17,268 nucleotides of DNA from Dubosiella newyorkensis (GTDB lineage: Bacteria > Bacillota_I > Bacilli_A > Erysipelotrichales > Erysipelotrichaceae), in NCBI RefSeq assembly GCF_001945605.1, contig NZ_MPKA01000091.1, forward strand, positions 1 through 17,268, written 5' to 3'. Positions within the stretch are counted from its first letter, which is position 1. Each line of letters begins with the position of its first letter. Shown in pieces: positions 15,093 through 17,268 of this stretch. A program made the translations under genes and the position numbers. The notes beneath the pieces were generated by a model, which made no database searches, was not told the origin of the DNA, and was given only the letters and a program-made list of their open reading frames with translations.

Positions 15093-15895
15093 CCATTCTT
15101 TTTTAATTTCTCTCTTCGTGTCCGGATCATCCGGTTGAGATGATCGTTTAGCTTCCGAATGAGGAAGCTGATGACATGGAAAGAATCCAGAATAGAGCAG
15201 GCATTCGGGAAGAAGGCGGGAACGGATTCCAGATAAGGCTTGTAGGCATCCGAAATAATGCCTTTGACAAGGAGGCGTTCCTCACGCGGAATGGATAGAA
15301 AATATTTTTCGAGAGTGCTGGTCCACCGGTTGGAAACGATATCGATGATCTGGCCTGAGGCAAAATCCATAATGACGAAAGCATATTTGTGAGAATCATC
15401 GATGTTGAGATAGACCTCGTCGATCGAGATGAATTCGGTGAGAGGAAGGCGCTTCAGATCAACATAGGAAGAAAAGATATTGCGGATCTGGGTATCCGAC
15501 ATGTGGAACTTTCTGGCAACGGAACGAGTCGATACCTGAAGTTCTTTCAAAGCATCGAGGACAAGAAGAGGTGTGAGGTTTGTGGATTGTTTGTATCTTT
15601 CTACAAAAGGGAAGCGTTCATTCGTTTGGAAGCCGCAGCGAGGACATTTCCATCGCCTCTGCTTCAGCAGGATAGGAAAGAAAGAACCGTCCTGGAATAC
15701 AGGATGAAGAAGAGTACGAGTATAGATGCCTTTGGAATGCATTCTGGAAAAGCATTGAGGACAGAAGGCAGGAGCTGCACGACGAGAAAGAGTCACAGAC
15801 TTTTTGGGACCTTCGACACAGACATCCGACAATATAAAAGAACCATCGTCGGGAATACTGAGAAGATCGAAAAGATAAGAATAATCATCAGACAT
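15089..15895 (-). CDS. ISL3-family transposase, N-terminal part (zf-ISL3, HTH, start of the DDE domain); the frame ends just after an A AAA AAG heptamer
   Basis: CPQCFSRMHSKGIYTRTLLHP......KQRRWKCPRCGF is a double C-x2-C zinc finger. It is followed by an HTH (VSTRSVARKFHMSDTQIRNIF) and ISIDEVYL...FVIMDFASGQIIDIVSNR...IISDAYKPY...ILDSFHV, which is typical of DDE_Tnp_ISL3. AAGGAGG RBS before the ATG at 15895. Confidence 0.9.
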   Translation of the reverse strand: MSDDYSYLFDLLSIPDDGSFILSDVCVEGPKKSVTLSRRAAPAFCPQCFSRMHSKGIYTRTLLHPVFQDGSFFPILLKQRRWKCPRCGFQTNERFPFVERYKQSTNLTPLLVLDALKELQVSTRSVARKFHMSDTQIRNIFSSYVDLKRLPLTEFISIDEVYLNIDDSHKYAFVIMDFASGQIIDIVSNRWTSTLEKYFLSIPREERLLVKGIISDAYKPYLESVPAFFPNACSILDSFHVISFLIRKLNDHLNRMIRTRREKLKKNG

Positions 15896-15967
15896 AAAAA
15901 AACCTCCTTAAAATAAATCTAACATTGATGATTATTTAGAGAAAGAAGTCATAAAAAAATGGGAAAT

Positions 15968-16023
15968 GACCCCAAAAGACACCCCAAAAGTGTCCCCGAA
16001 ATGAAGTGTGAAGTGTACCCTTT
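15968..16023. repeat. ISL3 right terminal inverted repeat with two to three ACCCCAAAAG motifs
   Basis: The sequence is gACCCCAAAAGacACCCCAAAAGtgtccccgaaatgaagtgtgaagtgtacccttt. Its reverse complement matches the left end in the terminal 8 nt and in the motif pair, but with about 17 extra nt between them. Confidence 0.7.
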
Positions 16024-17200
16024 GTCAAGGACAATTTAAGTTTTAGGGGGTGAATTCTATTTCTCTATATGGTAGGATACTTTATTCACTCTCTAGTATT
16101 TTCTTTAGGCAGTTTTTCTGCCTTTTTATTTGTCTATTCTCTGCTCTAATTTATTCTTGGTCTTTCCTTTATTTAATGGATAAATTCCCGTCTGCTGATA
16201 CAAATAATATTCTGCCGGGGAGAGTCTTTCCAGTTCCCACTGATACCGGTCCTTATTATAGTAATCGATCCAGTCCCGGAGAATTTCATTCACTTCATCG
16301 AACGTATTACTCTCTTTTATCACCTCTTTGATTTCATCTTTCATGTGTCCGAAAAAACTTTCCTGCGGTGCATTATCCCAGCAGTTTCCTTTTCGCGACA
16401 TGGACTGTATAAACGAATGATCCTGCAGCTTCTTCACAAAAGCCCGGCACGTATAATGAAATCCTTGGTCACTGTGAATGATTGTCTTGTCATCCAGTTC
16501 GGCTTCATATTTTTTCAATAGTTCGTCTATCATATCCATCACGAAATCGATCTTTAAACTCCTGCTTACTGTATAAGCTAGAACTTCGTGAGTACAAACA
16601 TCTGTGATCACGGAAAGGTAACAGCAGCCTTCTTGATAAAACAGATAGGTGATATCTGTAAGAAGAACTTTTCGAGGACCAAATTCCTTAAATTCCCGGT
16701 TTACGATATTTTGTGCTGTATAGTTCGTCTTCAAAGCTTTTGCCATCTTCCGATAAGGATTGGATCCTCGGATCGGACAGTAAAGCCCGTATTTGTTCAT
16801 CAGTCTTCGAATCTTTTTGAGATTCATTACAATTGGCGGATTCATATGCAGCAGACGCATATAGATGCTTCGCGCTCCTTTTTTGTAGCCTCGGAATTCA
16901 TAAGCTTGTTTGATCAACATAAAGTCAGCCTGATCCTGTTCTTCGCGCTTCTGTCGTGAAGAAGTGGCATTGACCCATGCATAATATCCGGAACGGGATA
17001 CACCGGCGATCCGGCATAATGCACTCACGTTCAGAACATTGTCTTTCTGCAGGAGAGTTTCATGGATAAGCTGATACTTTACTTTCGCAGGCGCTTGGAT
17101 TCCCATACTTTCTGCTCCTCCATACCAGCTTCTTGAATTTTTGGATTTAGTATTAATGGTGCATCCCTTAAACCTCTGAAAATTCAAGTGGTAGAATGTC
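16024..17200 (-). mobile_element. IS3-family element remnant (OrfB present, OrfA missing); both boundaries uncertain
   Basis: It contains an IS3-type DDE integrase ORF but no upstream OrfA. The OrfA-equivalent (+1 relative to OrfB) frame has stops at about 17200 and about 17185 and keeps only about 34 codons. The left boundary is set at the ISL3 end. A TG dinucleotide (16023-16024), typical of IS3 termini, lies exactly there, but I could not confirm an inverted repeat. Confidence 0.55.
16126..17106 (-). CDS. IS3-family transposase OrfB (rve/DDE integrase core)
   Basis: KYQLIHE......NVSALCRIAGVSRSGYYAW...QADFMLIKQAYEFRGYKKGARSIYMRL...LNKYGL.....VLLTDITYL...YLSVITDVCTHEVLAY....IIHSDQGFHY....F...L....FIQSMSRKGNCWDNAPQESFFGHMKDE...W..YYN..R. 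The D, D and E residues are in the expected TDITY / HSDQG / NAPQES contexts. The ATG at 17106 has GGAGG 10 nt upstream. The frame itself stays open to the window edge. Confidence 0.85.
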   Translation of the reverse strand: MGIQAPAKVKYQLIHETLLQKDNVLNVSALCRIAGVSRSGYYAWVNATSSRQKREEQDQADFMLIKQAYEFRGYKKGARSIYMRLLHMNPPIVMNLKKIRRLMNKYGLYCPIRGSNPYRKMAKALKTNYTAQNIVNREFKEFGPRKVLLTDITYLFYQEGCCYLSVITDVCTHEVLAYTVSRSLKIDFVMDMIDELLKKYEAELDDKTIIHSDQGFHYTCRAFVKKLQDHSFIQSMSRKGNCWDNAPQESFFGHMKDEIKEVIKESNTFDEVNEILRDWIDYYNKDRYQWELERLSPAEYYLYQQTGIYPLNKGKTKNKLEQRIDK

Positions 17201-17243
17201 ATAAGAAGAACAATTTGAATTCCAGAATGAGGAGGAATGAAAA

Positions 17244-17268
17244 ATGGCAAAGCAATATGACAAAGAAT
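17244..17268 (+). CDS. Possible start of a plus-strand gene (MAKQYDKE...), truncated by the window end; function unknown, possibly another IS-encoded protein
   Basis: GAGGAGG (17229-17235) lies 8 nt before the ATG at 17244. Only 8 codons are visible. M-A-K-x-Y-x-x-E is reminiscent of IS3-family OrfA N-termini, but the fragment is far too short to call. Confidence 0.25.

Larger units (their letters stand above)
14274..16023 (-). mobile_element. ISL3-family insertion sequence (about 1.75 kb)
   Basis: The transposase ORFs are bracketed by inverted termini: aaagggta (14274-14281) versus tacccttt (16016-16023). Subterminal CTTTTGGGGT motifs occur in opposite orientation at the two ends. GC is about 43-45%, well above the flanks. 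The exact outermost base is uncertain by a few nt. Confidence 0.8.

Noticed and set aside
14290-15990. Repeated CTTTTGGGGT/ACCCCAAAAG motifs, considered as a CRISPR-like or REP-like array
   Set aside because: There are only five copies of about 10 nt. They are confined to the two ends of the ISL3 element in mirrored orientation, with no regular spacers. They are IS subterminal repeats.
14408-16959. Plus-strand ORFs opposite the transposase genes (14408-14620, 14415-14624, 14727-14948, 14955-15143, 15389-15916, 16050-16331, 16588-16959) and the minus-strand out-of-frame ORFs 14471-14665 and 15148-15399
   Set aside because: All overlap the well-supported ISL3 or IS3 transposase frames, lack an RBS and have no recognisable domains. 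They are shadow ORFs favoured by the higher GC of the IS elements.
16051-17197. Similarity between tgaattc...atatGGTAGGATac (16051-16080) and tgaaaattcaagtGGTAGAATgt (17177-17199), considered as the two ends of the IS3 element
   Set aside because: The two segments are in direct, not inverted, orientation, and the match is short and gapped. Each also resembles an extended -10 box, so the similarity is probably coincidental or promoter-related.
17107-17250. N-terminal 48 residues of the IS3 ORF as given in the track (MPFFIPPHSGIQIVLLMTFYHLNFQRF...)
   Set aside because: The start is a TTG with no RBS. The sequence is unlike any IS3 OrfA or OrfB region, and the frame is simply open to the window edge. 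IS3 OrfB homology begins near KVKYQLI, just after the RBS-preceded ATG at 17106.

Overview
This is a low-GC, Gram-positive (Bacillota-like) accessory region; I cannot resolve the taxon from the sequence alone. Left to right it contains: (1) The last 41 codons of a GC-rich (~56%) PfkB/KdgK-like sugar kinase gene with its terminator. (2) A co-directional ~10.5 kb Wzx/Wzy-type cell-surface polysaccharide locus at roughly 25-32% GC. It encodes a DUF4422 glycosyltransferase, a Wzx flippase, a Wzy-like polymerase, three GT2 enzymes, a CpsA-like LCP ligase, a GT4 enzyme and the UDP-galactopyranose mutase Glf. (3) A separately promoted LtaS/sulfatase-family membrane enzyme. (4) A stand-alone, translationally coupled two-gene cassette: an XRE-HTH::ImmA/IrrE (M78) metallopeptidase fusion followed by a PIN-domain protein. 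(5) An ISL3-family insertion sequence whose transposase is split exactly at an A AAA AAG heptamer. (6) An IS3-family OrfB-only remnant that runs to the window edge. The best candidate for an uncharacterised system is the peptidase-HTH + PIN cassette at 12712-14252, a possible protease-gated toxin-antitoxin or abortive-infection switch. It sits between the glycan locus and the IS pile-up. All protein family calls come from motif recognition by eye; no database search was run.
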